Shown: positions 21,525-30,970, counted from the stretch's first letter. The stretch is DNA of 64,000 nucleotides from Eubacteriales bacterium (GCA_037143795.1 JBAWXZ010000005.1:130527-194526); one strand, 5' to 3'. Translations and numbers: made by a program. Notes: a model not told the origin generated them from the sequence alone.

Positions 21525-21889
21525 TTATTTATTTCTCCTTTATTCCGGTTCGGAAGCGGACAGAGTTTCTCGTCTGCACAGATACAAATAGATTCCTGGC
21601 CGGAACTGCTGCTGAAACGGTCAAGAAGATCCCTTGCTTCACAAAAATTTGCAGCAATCAGTGAATAACGCATCCAAAGCCCGTCCTTTCGGCTTTTTAC
21701 CAGGCCGCTCTGCGTAAGAATCTTCATATGATAGGAAAGTGTCGGCTGCGATATGTCAAACCGCTCCTGGATTTTACAGGCGCAAAGTTCTCCGTCCTTT
21801 AACATATGAAGGATGGAAAGACGCGTCTCATCCGCTAACGCTTTAAAAACCGGTACACAGGCATTATTATCTGGTTCCAAATCAGTCAC
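21521..21889 (-). CDS. arsR: ArsR/SmtB-family metalloregulator
   Basis: LADETRLSILHMLKDGELCACKIQERFDISQPTLSYHMKILTQSGLV. A winged HTH with a Cys pair (CAC) precedes the recognition helix. Confidence 0.8.
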   Translation of the reverse strand: MTDLEPDNNACVPVFKALADETRLSILHMLKDGELCACKIQERFDISQPTLSYHMKILTQSGLVKSRKDGLWMRYSLIAANFCEARDLLDRFSSSSGQESICICADEKLCPLPNRNKGEINK

Positions 21890-22011
21890 CGCTTTCTCTT
21901 TTGCCTTAATACATCGAAATCTTTCTATATAGTAAACTATACATAGAAAAAATTCAATATAGTTTCGGAAAATTAAGCAGCGATATTCACGCTGATCCTT
22001 TTACGGGTGCA

Positions 22012-22560
22012 TTATTTCAAATTTTCAGCATCTTTGTAAATCCTGCTTACTTCTTCTTTTGACACCAATTTGGATATAAGGAATGCAATGATAATAATTC
22101 CCGGAATGTCGACAAGCAGACGTGTGGCGGCGAATTTGGCTCCGAGAGCTGAAAATTCAAACATAAGCATCGGAATCTTAGTTGTTGACCAGGCACCGAT
22201 GAATATAAGGATATTGCTGAATTTCACGCCTTTTTTCATAAATACGGCGGCAACCGGAAAAGCACCGTAGAGGGGCCCGGCTGCAGCGGACCCAATCAAA
22301 AATGCGAGAAGTATTCCCTTAAGACCGGAACCTTCGCCCATGTATTTGATCATCGTCTCACGGGGAATCCAGACATCAAGAAGTCCCAGAAGGATAAATA
22401 CGGGCGGAATAATCAGGAGCATCTGGATTAACTGGCTGCCGGCATTGCCGAGTGCCTTTATGCCGAGATCATAATTGAACAGTGTAAAGACAGCCAGACC
22501 GGCCGAGGTCAGGATGAAAGCACGATATCTTATCAGGAGCGCGGGCATCTTCAGCTTCAT
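22012..22560 (-). CDS. Two-component membrane permease complex, subunit B (DUF318 half-permease)
   Basis: Polytopic. It overlaps the upstream subunit by 4 nt. Split-permease pairs of this type (for example Streptococcus SMU_746c/747c) are known. Confidence 0.55.
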   Translation of the reverse strand: MKLKMPALLIRYRAFILTSAGLAVFTLFNYDLGIKALGNAGSQLIQMLLIIPPVFILLGLLDVWIPRETMIKYMGEGSGLKGILLAFLIGSAAAGPLYGAFPVAAVFMKKGVKFSNILIFIGAWSTTKIPMLMFEFSALGAKFAATRLLVDIPGIIIIAFLISKLVSKEEVSRIYKDAENLK

Positions 22561-23039
22561 TTTTTCACCGCCAGTCCGATTACCAGGGCAACTAGAAAAG
22601 AAAAGGCAAAAGCGAGTATATTCCGGATGATTGTGACTTTTTTGCCGAAATACTTGATTTCAACAGGCATTGTCACAACGCCGACCATCATGAGCGTTGA
22701 TACAAACGCACCGATCTGCATATATCCTGCGCCTCCTGCAAGCAGCATGGCGGCTGTTGGGAAAGCAATGAATCCCGGAATCAGCGTAATGGATCCGATG
22801 ACGGAGGCCAGAAGCACCCCGTACCAGCCGGAATCCTTACCGATCAATTTTGAAATGGCACCCGGATTCAGGACAGCAAGAAGCAGGCCGACCAGAAGCA
22901 GTACGACAAGAAGCTGCGGCAGGATGTTTTCAAAAGCCTTCCATGCCTTCTTTAAAGCCAGTCCGGTTTTTCTCCTGTCTTTGAAAAAAGATGCCGCTAA
23001 GAGTATGACGGTAATCCCATAAAAAATGTAAGTGTCCAC
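22557..23039 (-). CDS. Two-component membrane permease complex, subunit A
   Basis: 160 aa with ~4-5 TM helices. Translationally coupled with the 22012 gene. Confidence 0.55.
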   Translation of the reverse strand: MDTYIFYGITVILLAASFFKDRRKTGLALKKAWKAFENILPQLLVVLLLVGLLLAVLNPGAISKLIGKDSGWYGVLLASVIGSITLIPGFIAFPTAAMLLAGGAGYMQIGAFVSTLMMVGVVTMPVEIKYFGKKVTIIRNILAFAFSFLVALVIGLAVKK

Positions 23040-23160
23040 GCCGCCCCTCCTGACTGCATTTCTATAAGATCAGTATAATAGAAAATATGCCATTGAAACA
23101 AATTCGGTTTTTTCTTATATAAATAATAGTGTTAAACTGTTAAAAACGGGGGATTTACAT

Positions 23161-25041
23161 ATGATGGAAAAAAGAGAATCTGCACCTGGGCAATATGATG
23201 TGATCGTCATCGGCGGCGGATTGTCAGGCCTGACAGCCGGCAGCCTGCTTGCCAAAAGGGGACTTCACGTTGCTGTTATTGACAAGAGCTACAACCCGGG
23301 AGGGTCCTGCGGAACATTCAAAAGGGATAATGTAATCTTTGACCAGGGTGCGTCGATGCTGTTCGGATTCGGAGAGAAGGGATTCAACTCACACCGTTTT
23401 GTGATGAACTGCCTTGAAGAGCCGATCGACATCATCAAACACGACGCCCTCTACTGTGTGAATTACTTGGGCCACAGGATTATTTTCTGGGCGGATGTGC
23501 AGCTTTTTGCCGAAGAGCTGTCCAAGGTCTTTCCATTAGAAAAAGAGAATATTATTCGTTTTTATAAAGACTTAGGCATAATGTATCAGCATGTCATGGT
23601 AGAGAATCCGGCCTTTACGACTCCGGATGAAGTCGAACCTGCAATAGGACTGCGGCAACTGCTCAGCCACCCCGTCTCCTATGCGAAGTTTCTGGGCCTC
23701 ATGAACCGAAGTGCCAAAAGCCTTATGTCGAAATATTTTAAAGATCCTGCTATTTTTAAATTCTTTGACAAGCTTACCTCGACATACTGTTACACGACGG
23801 TTGAAGAAACGCCGGCAGTCCTTGCGGCTGTAATGTTCGTAGACAATCATACAGGCGGAAGTTTCTACCCGGCCGGTTCCACGGTATTTCTTCCCGGAAG
23901 GCTCGAAAAAGTCATTGAAGAGAATATCGGAGATATGATCCTTGAAAAAGAAGTCGTACGGATCCTTTTCACGGAAGGCAAACCTTCGGGTGTCGAACTT
24001 CTGTCCGGCGAAAAAATATATGCCGCCAATCTGATTTACTCCGGAAACGTATGGAGCCTGTATGACGGACTGATAGACCGGAAATATCTCCCGGAGGAAC
24101 GGATTGATTGGGCACGTAAGCTTATTCCGACATATCCGAGCGTGGTTCTCTATGCGTATGTCGACAAATCCGTCATTCCGGAGGATACACTGCCGATTGA
24201 AATGCTTGTCGGCAATCCCGACAGAATTGATGAGAGTGAGGTCACTGTATATATCTACAGTATTGACGATTCAACACTCTGTCCGGAGGACGGACATGTT
24301 ATGGTGGTTATCGGACCAACATTGGACGACTGGGACAGTGAAGATATATCGGAATACGAGGCGCATAAGGAAAGGGAAAAAGAACGCCTTACCCTTGTCC
24401 TTGAAAAACGTTTCCCCGGTTTTCAAAAAGCAATCAGGTATTCCGAATTAGCCTCACCGAAAACACTGACACGGTATGCCAATAAATATCACGGTGCGGT
24501 TGCGGGCCCGAAGCAAATGATCGGGCAGCATATGTTCAAACGCCTCCACACCAAAAGCGAATGGGATACATTATTTTATTGCGGGGAATCAACCGTTATG
24601 GGAACCGGTACACCGACCGTAACGGTTTCCGGACTGTCGGCCGCCAATGCCATACTGAAAAAGAAAGGGCTTGCACCGTATGTTTTCAGTAAGGATATGA
24701 AAAATTATGTGAATATCGTTGCCAAAAACACCGGCTCGGAATACTTAAACCTCAATTATCCGGAAGAGGTGCGCGTAATGATGTTGAAAGCATCCCGCTG
24801 CCAGTACTGTGAAGATGCAGCATGCATGAAGAATACTTCACTGGACATCAGGGGTATCATGAGACGTCTTACTGTCGGGAATACTGCAGGAGCGAAAAAA
24901 ATCGTAAATAAATACATTACGCAGAAAGTAAATCACGCAGCAGCCCTTGAAGAAAGTCAAAACTCATGCATCATGGGGGCCATGTACGGCACTCCGGTTG
25001 AAATCAAGACCATAGTTGGATTTTTGAACGAACAGCAATAG
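23161..25041 (+). CDS. FAD-dependent oxidoreductase of the phytoene-desaturase (CrtI/CrtN, COG1233) superfamily, with a ~130-aa Cys-containing C-terminal extension
   Basis: The N-terminal dinucleotide fold is YDVIVIGGGLSGLTAGSLLAKRGLHVAVIDKSYNPGGSCGTF. Then ...DQGASMLFG... typical of amine-oxidase/desaturase-like enzymes. 626 aa. Confidence 0.65.
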   Translation: MMEKRESAPGQYDVIVIGGGLSGLTAGSLLAKRGLHVAVIDKSYNPGGSCGTFKRDNVIFDQGASMLFGFGEKGFNSHRFVMNCLEEPIDIIKHDALYCVNYLGHRIIFWADVQLFAEELSKVFPLEKENIIRFYKDLGIMYQHVMVENPAFTTPDEVEPAIGLRQLLSHPVSYAKFLGLMNRSAKSLMSKYFKDPAIFKFFDKLTSTYCYTTVEETPAVLAAVMFVDNHTGGSFYPAGSTVFLPGRLEKVIEENIGDMILEKEVVRILFTEGKPSGVELLSGEKIYAANLIYSGNVWSLYDGLIDRKYLPEERIDWARKLIPTYPSVVLYAYVDKSVIPEDTLPIEMLVGNPDRIDESEVTVYIYSIDDSTLCPEDGHVMVVIGPTLDDWDSEDISEYEAHKEREKERLTLVLEKRFPGFQKAIRYSELASPKTLTRYANKYHGAVAGPKQMIGQHMFKRLHTKSEWDTLFYCGESTVMGTGTPTVTVSGLSAANAILKKKGLAPYVFSKDMKNYVNIVAKNTGSEYLNLNYPEEVRVMMLKASRCQYCEDAACMKNTSLDIRGIMRRLTVGNTAGAKKIVNKYITQKVNHAAALEESQNSCIMGAMYGTPVEIKTIVGFLNEQQ

Positions 25042-25068
25042 TTATTCCATCAGGAATGAGGAGACAAT

Positions 25069-26187
25069 ATGCCAGCTATAGTGACAATTATCGCCGGACT
25101 TATTGCAGCACTTCTTCTGTTCTGGCGGCATCCTGCCCTACGGAAGATAAGTGATACGAATGAAGGTACAGGTCAAACGGAGACAGCCGCGCTGCCGCCC
25201 AAAATATCAGTAATCATTCCTTCGAGAAATGAAGAATACAATTTGCAGAATATTCTTTCGGATCTTCAAAACCAGGATCTTCCGGCATATGAAATAATTT
25301 GTGTGGATGATGCATCGGAAGACCGGACAGCAGAGGTCATTGGTGCATTCGGAGTGCAGTATGTTGCTGTTATAAGTAAACCCGATGGCTGGGTAGGCAA
25401 ATCGTGGGCTTGTCAGGCCGGTGCGGATCGTGCGTCCGGGGAGTTGCTTCTTTTCATGGATGCAGATGTAAGACTGGATGCATCTGCCCTGCGTAAACTC
25501 GCAGGCACTTATGCAGCGAACCGGGGCGTGATTTCGGTCCAGCCATTCCATCAGGTCATAAGAATATACGAACATTTATCTTTCTTTTTCTCGCTTGTTC
25601 TTCTGGCCGCCAATGGAATCGGCTTCCCGTTCGGCAGGAGAAACATCGGGCTGTTCGGACCGGTTATTCTTGTCTCAAGGGAAGATTATATGCGGATTGA
25701 GGGTCATTATCCGGCTAAAAACAGCATCGTCGACGATCTGGCAATGGGTGAAGCGTTCAAACGCAAGGGGATCCGGCTGTCCCTTTATATGGGCGGGCCG
25801 GATATTTCGTTTCGCATGTACTCAGGAGGCTTTGCGGAACTATGCCAGGGCTGGATCAAAAATTTCGCATCCGGTGCGTTCAGGACGCCGGCTTACCTGA
25901 TCCTGTTCATTATTCTGTGGTTTGGTGCATGTACGGAGGTTGTAATCAGCTTCATCAGGACATTAACACAAGAATCCCTACCCATAACAGCAGCCGGCGC
26001 ATGCCTGTATCTTGCCTGGGCAGTATTCCTCTGGCTGATCTCCCGCAGAGTGGGAAGCTTCGGACTTGGAGCCGCCATGCTGTATCCGTTTCTGCTCGTT
26101 TTCTTTGTTATACTTTTATTGGTATCCCTTTTCAAGAAAGTCTTTGGCAGGACAGTCACATGGAAAGGCCGTAAAATTCAGATGTAG
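25069..26187 (+). CDS. Family-2 glycosyltransferase with a C-terminal TM bundle (CrtQ-like)
   Basis: The N-terminal TM is followed by ISVIIPSRNEEYNL...ICVDDASEDRT (GT-A DxD region). The C-terminal third is hydrophobic. 372 aa. Confidence 0.7.
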   Translation: MPAIVTIIAGLIAALLLFWRHPALRKISDTNEGTGQTETAALPPKISVIIPSRNEEYNLQNILSDLQNQDLPAYEIICVDDASEDRTAEVIGAFGVQYVAVISKPDGWVGKSWACQAGADRASGELLLFMDADVRLDASALRKLAGTYAANRGVISVQPFHQVIRIYEHLSFFFSLVLLAANGIGFPFGRRNIGLFGPVILVSREDYMRIEGHYPAKNSIVDDLAMGEAFKRKGIRLSLYMGGPDISFRMYSGGFAELCQGWIKNFASGAFRTPAYLILFIILWFGACTEVVISFIRTLTQESLPITAAGACLYLAWAVFLWLISRRVGSFGLGAAMLYPFLLVFFVILLLVSLFKKVFGRTVTWKGRKIQM

Positions 26188-26197
26188 AGGTGAATAA

Positions 26198-26719
26198 GTG
26201 CAGATATTTTATCTTCCGGATTCTTGCACGCTGATTCTGTTTTTCCTGCTTTGGCCAGCCTTTCAGGTGACGGCCGCACTTCTTTGCCTTGCAATGGACA
26301 ATTCGCACTTCTCGTACAAATCATTCATTTACCGCAGCAGGAAATGGGAGGATGAAGGGAAAATATATCAGAAGATATTCAAAATTCGCAGCTGGAAAAA
26401 ATACCTGCCGGACGGCGGTGCACTTATGAAAGGCGGATATGCAAAAAGACATTTGCAGACCCTCTCGAAAGAAGGCCTGCAAAGATTCCTTGTTGAATCC
26501 TGCCGTGCCGAATTATCCCACATCCTGGCGATTCTGCCTTTCTGGGTGTTCGGGTTATTTGCGCCGCCCAGAGTCATTCTCTTTATGTTTATTTATTCCA
26601 TGGCCATGAACCTGCCCTGCATAATCACGCAGAGATATAACCGGCCGCGTATCGTCCGCCTGCTTCAGGACGTGGAACGTTCTGAAATCGGCATGTACAG
26701 ATCCACTCCTCCGACATGA
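26198..26719 (+). CDS. Small membrane acyltransferase, CrtO (glycosyl-4,4'-diaponeurosporenoate acyltransferase)-like
   Basis: 173 aa. The segments RAELSHILAILPFWVFG and QRYNRPRIVRLL fit, from memory, the CrtO-family conserved blocks. GTG start with a GAGGTGA RBS. Confidence 0.45.
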   Translation: MQIFYLPDSCTLILFFLLWPAFQVTAALLCLAMDNSHFSYKSFIYRSRKWEDEGKIYQKIFKIRSWKKYLPDGGALMKGGYAKRHLQTLSKEGLQRFLVESCRAELSHILAILPFWVFGLFAPPRVILFMFIYSMAMNLPCIITQRYNRPRIVRLLQDVERSEIGMYRSTPPT

Positions 26720-27558
26720 TTTGAGTCCTCATCAAAGCCCAGATGCTCTTCAAGCCACTGATGCTTCCCGTTGGTATACTTGCTGTCCGACAGCCATCGG
26801 GAAAACCGGTTCCAGGCAGATATGATCTCCCGGCCAAGACTTCCGTCATCACCCCGTTTAACAGAAGTGACTGCATAAAGCCCTCCTTCAAGTGTTTTTG
26901 CCTTTACCAGCGGGTCATCGACAAGTGTATCCCGGTCTATGGTGACACATACTTCGTAGCCGTATTCCCTCTGGTCTTCAGAAACCGGGGAAGGGTTGTT
27001 GTATCCGAAGATCCGTGTTCGCTGCTCATTCATCCTGATCCCGGATGTGCTGAGCCATTTTTTCATAACGGCAAACGCGTTTTCTTCGGGATTTTCCCCG
27101 AAATAGCTGTAATAAGCTGCGCGCATCGGCTCGAGATTCCTGAGCACCTTGATTTCGGGGTATTTTTCTTGAAGGTCTTTATCCTGTGAATCAAAATATT
27201 CGTCCATTACACTCATCCTCTCAAATGAAAATGTTCCCCCGGTTTTCCGGAAATCACTTGGCAAAAATCCTGTTATCCGCCTGAAGGCCCTTGAAAATGA
27301 GTCGGCGCTGTTAAAATCATACTTCGCAGCAAGATCCATCACGCTGTACTGTGTATTTTTAAGATCAGAAGCGGCCAGGCTGGATCGGCGAAGCCGGACA
27401 TATTCTTTTGCCGGATATCCCACAAGAGCAAAAAACATCCGGTAAAACGTTGAAGTCGACATATAGGCTTCGCGGGCTGCCATCTGCAGGTCAACGGTGT
27501 CAAGCAGTCGGCTTTCCAGATATTCGAGGGATCTTTGAATTCTTTCATAATAGTTCAT
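26665..27558 (-). CDS. AraC-family regulator with a GyrI-like effector-binding domain
   Basis: N-terminal AraC HTH (MSTSTFYRMFFALVGYPAKEYVRLRR) and a GyrI-like C-terminus (FGYNNPSP...EYGYEVCV). Confidence 0.8.
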   Translation of the reverse strand: MNYYERIQRSLEYLESRLLDTVDLQMAAREAYMSTSTFYRMFFALVGYPAKEYVRLRRSSLAASDLKNTQYSVMDLAAKYDFNSADSFSRAFRRITGFLPSDFRKTGGTFSFERMSVMDEYFDSQDKDLQEKYPEIKVLRNLEPMRAAYYSYFGENPEENAFAVMKKWLSTSGIRMNEQRTRIFGYNNPSPVSEDQREYGYEVCVTIDRDTLVDDPLVKAKTLEGGLYAVTSVKRGDDGSLGREIISAWNRFSRWLSDSKYTNGKHQWLEEHLGFDEDSNHVGGVDLYMPISERSTS

Positions 27559-27700
27559 AAGGCTGCGCTCCTTAGCTCTTGTGAGTTAAGAATAGCACAG
27601 GTATATTGAGCGTATCCGACTTTTTGTGTCAAAACAAATGGCAGCGATATATAATGGGTTCACTGACCGGCAATATATTGGTTTTTTGAGGAGGCATGCT

Positions 27701-28474
27701 GTGAAGGTATACAAGAAGAAATGGTTCAAGATCATATCCATTCTTATTGCTGTTATACTTCTCCTTTTCGGAGCCTTTTTTGTTTACACGCTGGATTATT
27801 CCAGACCGGCGGATGCTGCCCTTGCCGCCCTGGAAGATACCGGTTCCGTCGATGTCAGCGAAAAGAGCGGGATGATAATCTTCTCTCCGAAGGGGGATTC
27901 AACCGGCACAGGATTTGCATTCTATCCGGGCGGCAAGGTCGACTATCGCTCATATGCACCGCTGATGGCTGACCTGGCGGGCCATGGTGTTACCTGCGTA
28001 CTTTTGAAAATGCCCTTTCAGCTGGCTGTCTTTGATATAAATGCCGCGGACCGGGCGATATCGGCTCTTCCGCAAATAACCCGCTGGTATGTGGGCGGTC
28101 ATTCCCTCGGCGGCGTTATGGCATCCTCCTTTGCAGCCGGCAATACGGATAAGGTGGAGGGAGTCGTTTTCCTGGCTGCCTATCCTTCCGGCGACATCAC
28201 GGATTCGGGGCTTCGAGTCCTTACCCTCTACGGGAGCAATGACGGTGTGCTCAATATGGATTCTTTCCGGTCAAGCAAAGACAAAGCTCCGCAGGACACA
28301 GTGTATCTTGAAATACCCGGAGGAAACCATGCAGGGTTTGGATCATATGGCGCTCAAAAGGGAGACAATGCTGCTTCCATTTCTCCGGAAGAGCAGCTAA
28401 AAGAAACAGCAGGGGCGATTGTTTTATTCTTTAACGGAGAAGACCCTGCCGCTGCTATTGCGCAGGCTAAGTAA
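27701..28474 (+). CDS. Alpha/beta-fold hydrolase with an N-terminal membrane anchor
   Basis: GHSLGG nucleophile elbow. GTG start preceded by GAGGAGG (the ORF track starts at 27626). Confidence 0.7.
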   Translation: MKVYKKKWFKIISILIAVILLLFGAFFVYTLDYSRPADAALAALEDTGSVDVSEKSGMIIFSPKGDSTGTGFAFYPGGKVDYRSYAPLMADLAGHGVTCVLLKMPFQLAVFDINAADRAISALPQITRWYVGGHSLGGVMASSFAAGNTDKVEGVVFLAAYPSGDITDSGLRVLTLYGSNDGVLNMDSFRSSKDKAPQDTVYLEIPGGNHAGFGSYGAQKGDNAASISPEEQLKETAGAIVLFFNGEDPAAAIAQAK

Positions 28475-28490
28475 CGAAAAGGAGAAATGC

Positions 28491-29270
28491 ATGCAGAGAA
28501 TCGAGGATCTGATCCGCGAATTTGCGGGGCGTCCTGAGGTGGAGAGCATTGCCCTGGGCGGTTCACGCGCAGTGAATTTACATGATGACAAATCAGATTA
28601 CGATGTGTACATATATTTGAACAGGGAGCTCAATCCCCTGATCCGCAAAGATATCCTGTCCCGGTTTTGCAGTTACATGGAAATTGACAATCAATATTGG
28701 GAAAATGAGGATGACTGCATCCTTTTCAGCGGGCCGGTTATTGAATTACTGTATCGGCAGCTGGACGACTTTGCGGCTTCCTTGGCCAGGGTAGTGGATG
28801 AGGCGCAGGCTTCAAACGGATACACTACATGTATGTGGGATAACCTCCTTAAGAGTGAAATCCTGTATGACAGGGCGGGTGCGCTTACCAGCCTGCAAAG
28901 TAAATACAAAATCAAATATCCGCAGAGACTCCGGCAGAACATCATCGATAAGAATACCAGATTGCTGGACGGTTACATCCCTTCGTATTTTGATCAGATT
29001 GTAAAGGCATCCGAACGGATGGATATTGTCAGTGTAAATCACAGGATCACGGAATTCCTGGCCAGCTATTTTGACATACTTTTTGCATATAATGAAGTCA
29101 CTCACCCGGGTGAAAAGCGATTGATTGCCCAGGCCAAGGCCCTGTGTAAAAAGCTGCCGGATCATTTCGAGGAAGACATTAACATGATTCTCCGACATTC
29201 ATATGAAATGGATCTCCTGGTAGAGGCCCTTGTGTCCTCGATCAGAAATCTGAAAAGGATGCTGCATTGA
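28491..29270 (+). CDS. Nucleotidyltransferase-domain protein
   Basis: The N-terminus has a GS...(D/E)x(D/E) minimal nucleotidyltransferase motif (ALGGSRAVNLHDDKSDYDVYIY). GGAG RBS. Confidence 0.55.
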   Translation: MQRIEDLIREFAGRPEVESIALGGSRAVNLHDDKSDYDVYIYLNRELNPLIRKDILSRFCSYMEIDNQYWENEDDCILFSGPVIELLYRQLDDFAASLARVVDEAQASNGYTTCMWDNLLKSEILYDRAGALTSLQSKYKIKYPQRLRQNIIDKNTRLLDGYIPSYFDQIVKASERMDIVSVNHRITEFLASYFDILFAYNEVTHPGEKRLIAQAKALCKKLPDHFEEDINMILRHSYEMDLLVEALVSSIRNLKRMLH

Positions 29271-30319
29271 AAAAGAGAACTAAGGCGATACTGTTTGCAC
29301 TTACGGCGGCTTTACTGTATGGAATACAGGTGCCGTTTTCGAAACTGCTCGAAGAAAAAATGGACACTCTCTTTCTGGCCGCATTCCTGTATCTGGGCGC
29401 CGGTATCGGGATGCTGGCCTTACATTCGGCAGAGCTTATTATGGCTCCGCGAAGAAAAGAAGCACCTCTCGGAAAGAAAGACCTTCCCTTTATCATTCTC
29501 ATGATCCTTCTGGATATTGCCGCGCCGATCCTCCTGCTGATGGGACTTCGCCTGAGCAGTGCGGGCACCGTATCCCTTTTGGGTAATTTTGAGATTGCAG
29601 CCACAGTGGTTTTGGCAATGCTGATTTTTCATGAAGCCGTCGGGAAACGGCTCTGGATAGCCATTGCCCTGATTTCGCTGGCGTCCATGGTTCTCTCCGT
29701 CGGCGACCTTTCCGCCGTCAGACTGTCCCCCGGCTCAATTCTGGTCCTTCTTGCCTGTGCTGTATGGGGTCTCGAGAACAACTGTACCAGAAAGCTTTCC
29801 GGAAAGAGCCCGATGCAGATCGTCATCATTAAAGGATGCGGCTCCGGATCGGGGGCCCTGATTCTCGCCCTTGTTTTTGGAAAGGCATCCGGACCGGTCC
29901 TATATATACTTCTGGCTGCAGTTCTTGGATTTGCGGCATATGGGATGAGCATATATTTTTATGTCAGGGCGCAGCGGGAGCTTGGTGCCGCGCGCACCAG
30001 TGCGTTTTATGCGGCCGCCCCTTTTGTAGGTGTTCTATTGTCCTGGATTGTCCTGCAGGAAAAAATATCATGGACTTTTCTCCTGGCGCTGATTCTTATG
30101 ATCGCCGGTACGGCATGCGGTATTTCGGAAAAACACAACCATATGCACGTTCACCTTCGTGAAGTACATGAGCACATGCACTCCCACACCGACGGACACC
30201 ATACGCATACACATGATTATGAAGTGACCGGCGAACACAGCCACATGCATACCCATGAAGAAATCCGGCATGACCACCCCCATACGCCGGATACTCATCA
30301 CAGGCACACGCATATATAG
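29267..30319 (+). CDS. DMT-superfamily (EamA-like) transporter with a ~50-aa histidine-rich C-terminal tail
   Basis: Ten TM helices, duplicated EamA-like. The tail is HEHMHSHTDGHHTHTHDYEVTGEHSHMHTHEEIRHDHPHTPDTHHRHTHI. The TTG start overlaps the upstream stop. Confidence 0.7.
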   Translation: MKKRTKAILFALTAALLYGIQVPFSKLLEEKMDTLFLAAFLYLGAGIGMLALHSAELIMAPRRKEAPLGKKDLPFIILMILLDIAAPILLLMGLRLSSAGTVSLLGNFEIAATVVLAMLIFHEAVGKRLWIAIALISLASMVLSVGDLSAVRLSPGSILVLLACAVWGLENNCTRKLSGKSPMQIVIIKGCGSGSGALILALVFGKASGPVLYILLAAVLGFAAYGMSIYFYVRAQRELGAARTSAFYAAAPFVGVLLSWIVLQEKISWTFLLALILMIAGTACGISEKHNHMHVHLREVHEHMHSHTDGHHTHTHDYEVTGEHSHMHTHEEIRHDHPHTPDTHHRHTHI

Positions 30320-30355
30320 CCAGGCAAAAAGAACATTGAAAACGGAGAAGATATT

Positions 30356-30850
30356 ATGCCGGAACGGATATCACATACTCTTGCGCCGGTTTTTGACGCA
30401 CAGTCGCGCATTCTTATTCTGGGCACGATGCCGTCTCCGCGTTCGCGGAAGGCCGGTTTCTATTACGGCCATCCGCAGAATCGTTTCTGGCGCGTGCTGG
30501 CGGATGTTTTCGCGGAGGACGTTCCGCCGGATAACAGGTCAAAAGAGGATTTCCTGCTGCGGCACCATATTGCGCTCTGGGACGTACTGCAGTCGTGCCG
30601 GATTGAGGGGGCGGATGACAGTTCGATCAGGGATCCGGTTCCGAATGATCTGAGCCTGATATTGGGAAAAGCTGATATAAAGGCTGTTTTCACCACCGGT
30701 CAGAAAGCAACACAGCTATATATGAAGCACTGCCTGCAAAGGACTGGAATCATGCCGGAATATCTTCCGTCCACAAGTCCTGCAAATTGCGCCCGTTTTT
30801 CGTATGAGGACCTGGTCCGTGCATATAAAGTGCTGGAAAAATTCATTTGA
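30356..30850 (+). CDS. Uracil-DNA-glycosylase-superfamily protein (Mug/TDG-like, G:U/G:T-mismatch or deoxyinosine glycosylase)
   Basis: ILILGTMPSPRSRKAGFYYGHPQNRFW parallels the Mug GINPGL...AHPxNRFW active-site motif. Confidence 0.7.
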   Translation: MPERISHTLAPVFDAQSRILILGTMPSPRSRKAGFYYGHPQNRFWRVLADVFAEDVPPDNRSKEDFLLRHHIALWDVLQSCRIEGADDSSIRDPVPNDLSLILGKADIKAVFTTGQKATQLYMKHCLQRTGIMPEYLPSTSPANCARFSYEDLVRAYKVLEKFI

Positions 30851-30916
30851 TATAGTTAAATTTTCGGAAACCGGCATATTTCAATATACAATTAATTCGT
30901 TTAGCCTTAAAATGTG

Positions 30917-30938
30917 AATTGTGCAATCCCGCACAATT
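30917..30938. promoter_or_regulatory. Short inverted repeat AATTGTGC-n6-GCACAATT upstream of the flotillin gene
   Basis: Perfect 8-bp arms. Located ~35 nt upstream of the flotillin RBS. Confidence 0.3.
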
Positions 30939-30970
30939 GATGCAGTGGCATAAAAGAAGGAGAAACACGT

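Noticed and set aside
30150-30320. CA/CAT-rich simple-sequence tract that could be a microsatellite
   Set aside because: It is in frame and encodes the His-rich tail of the DMT transporter. Treated as coding low-complexity sequence (see finding), not a non-coding repeat.
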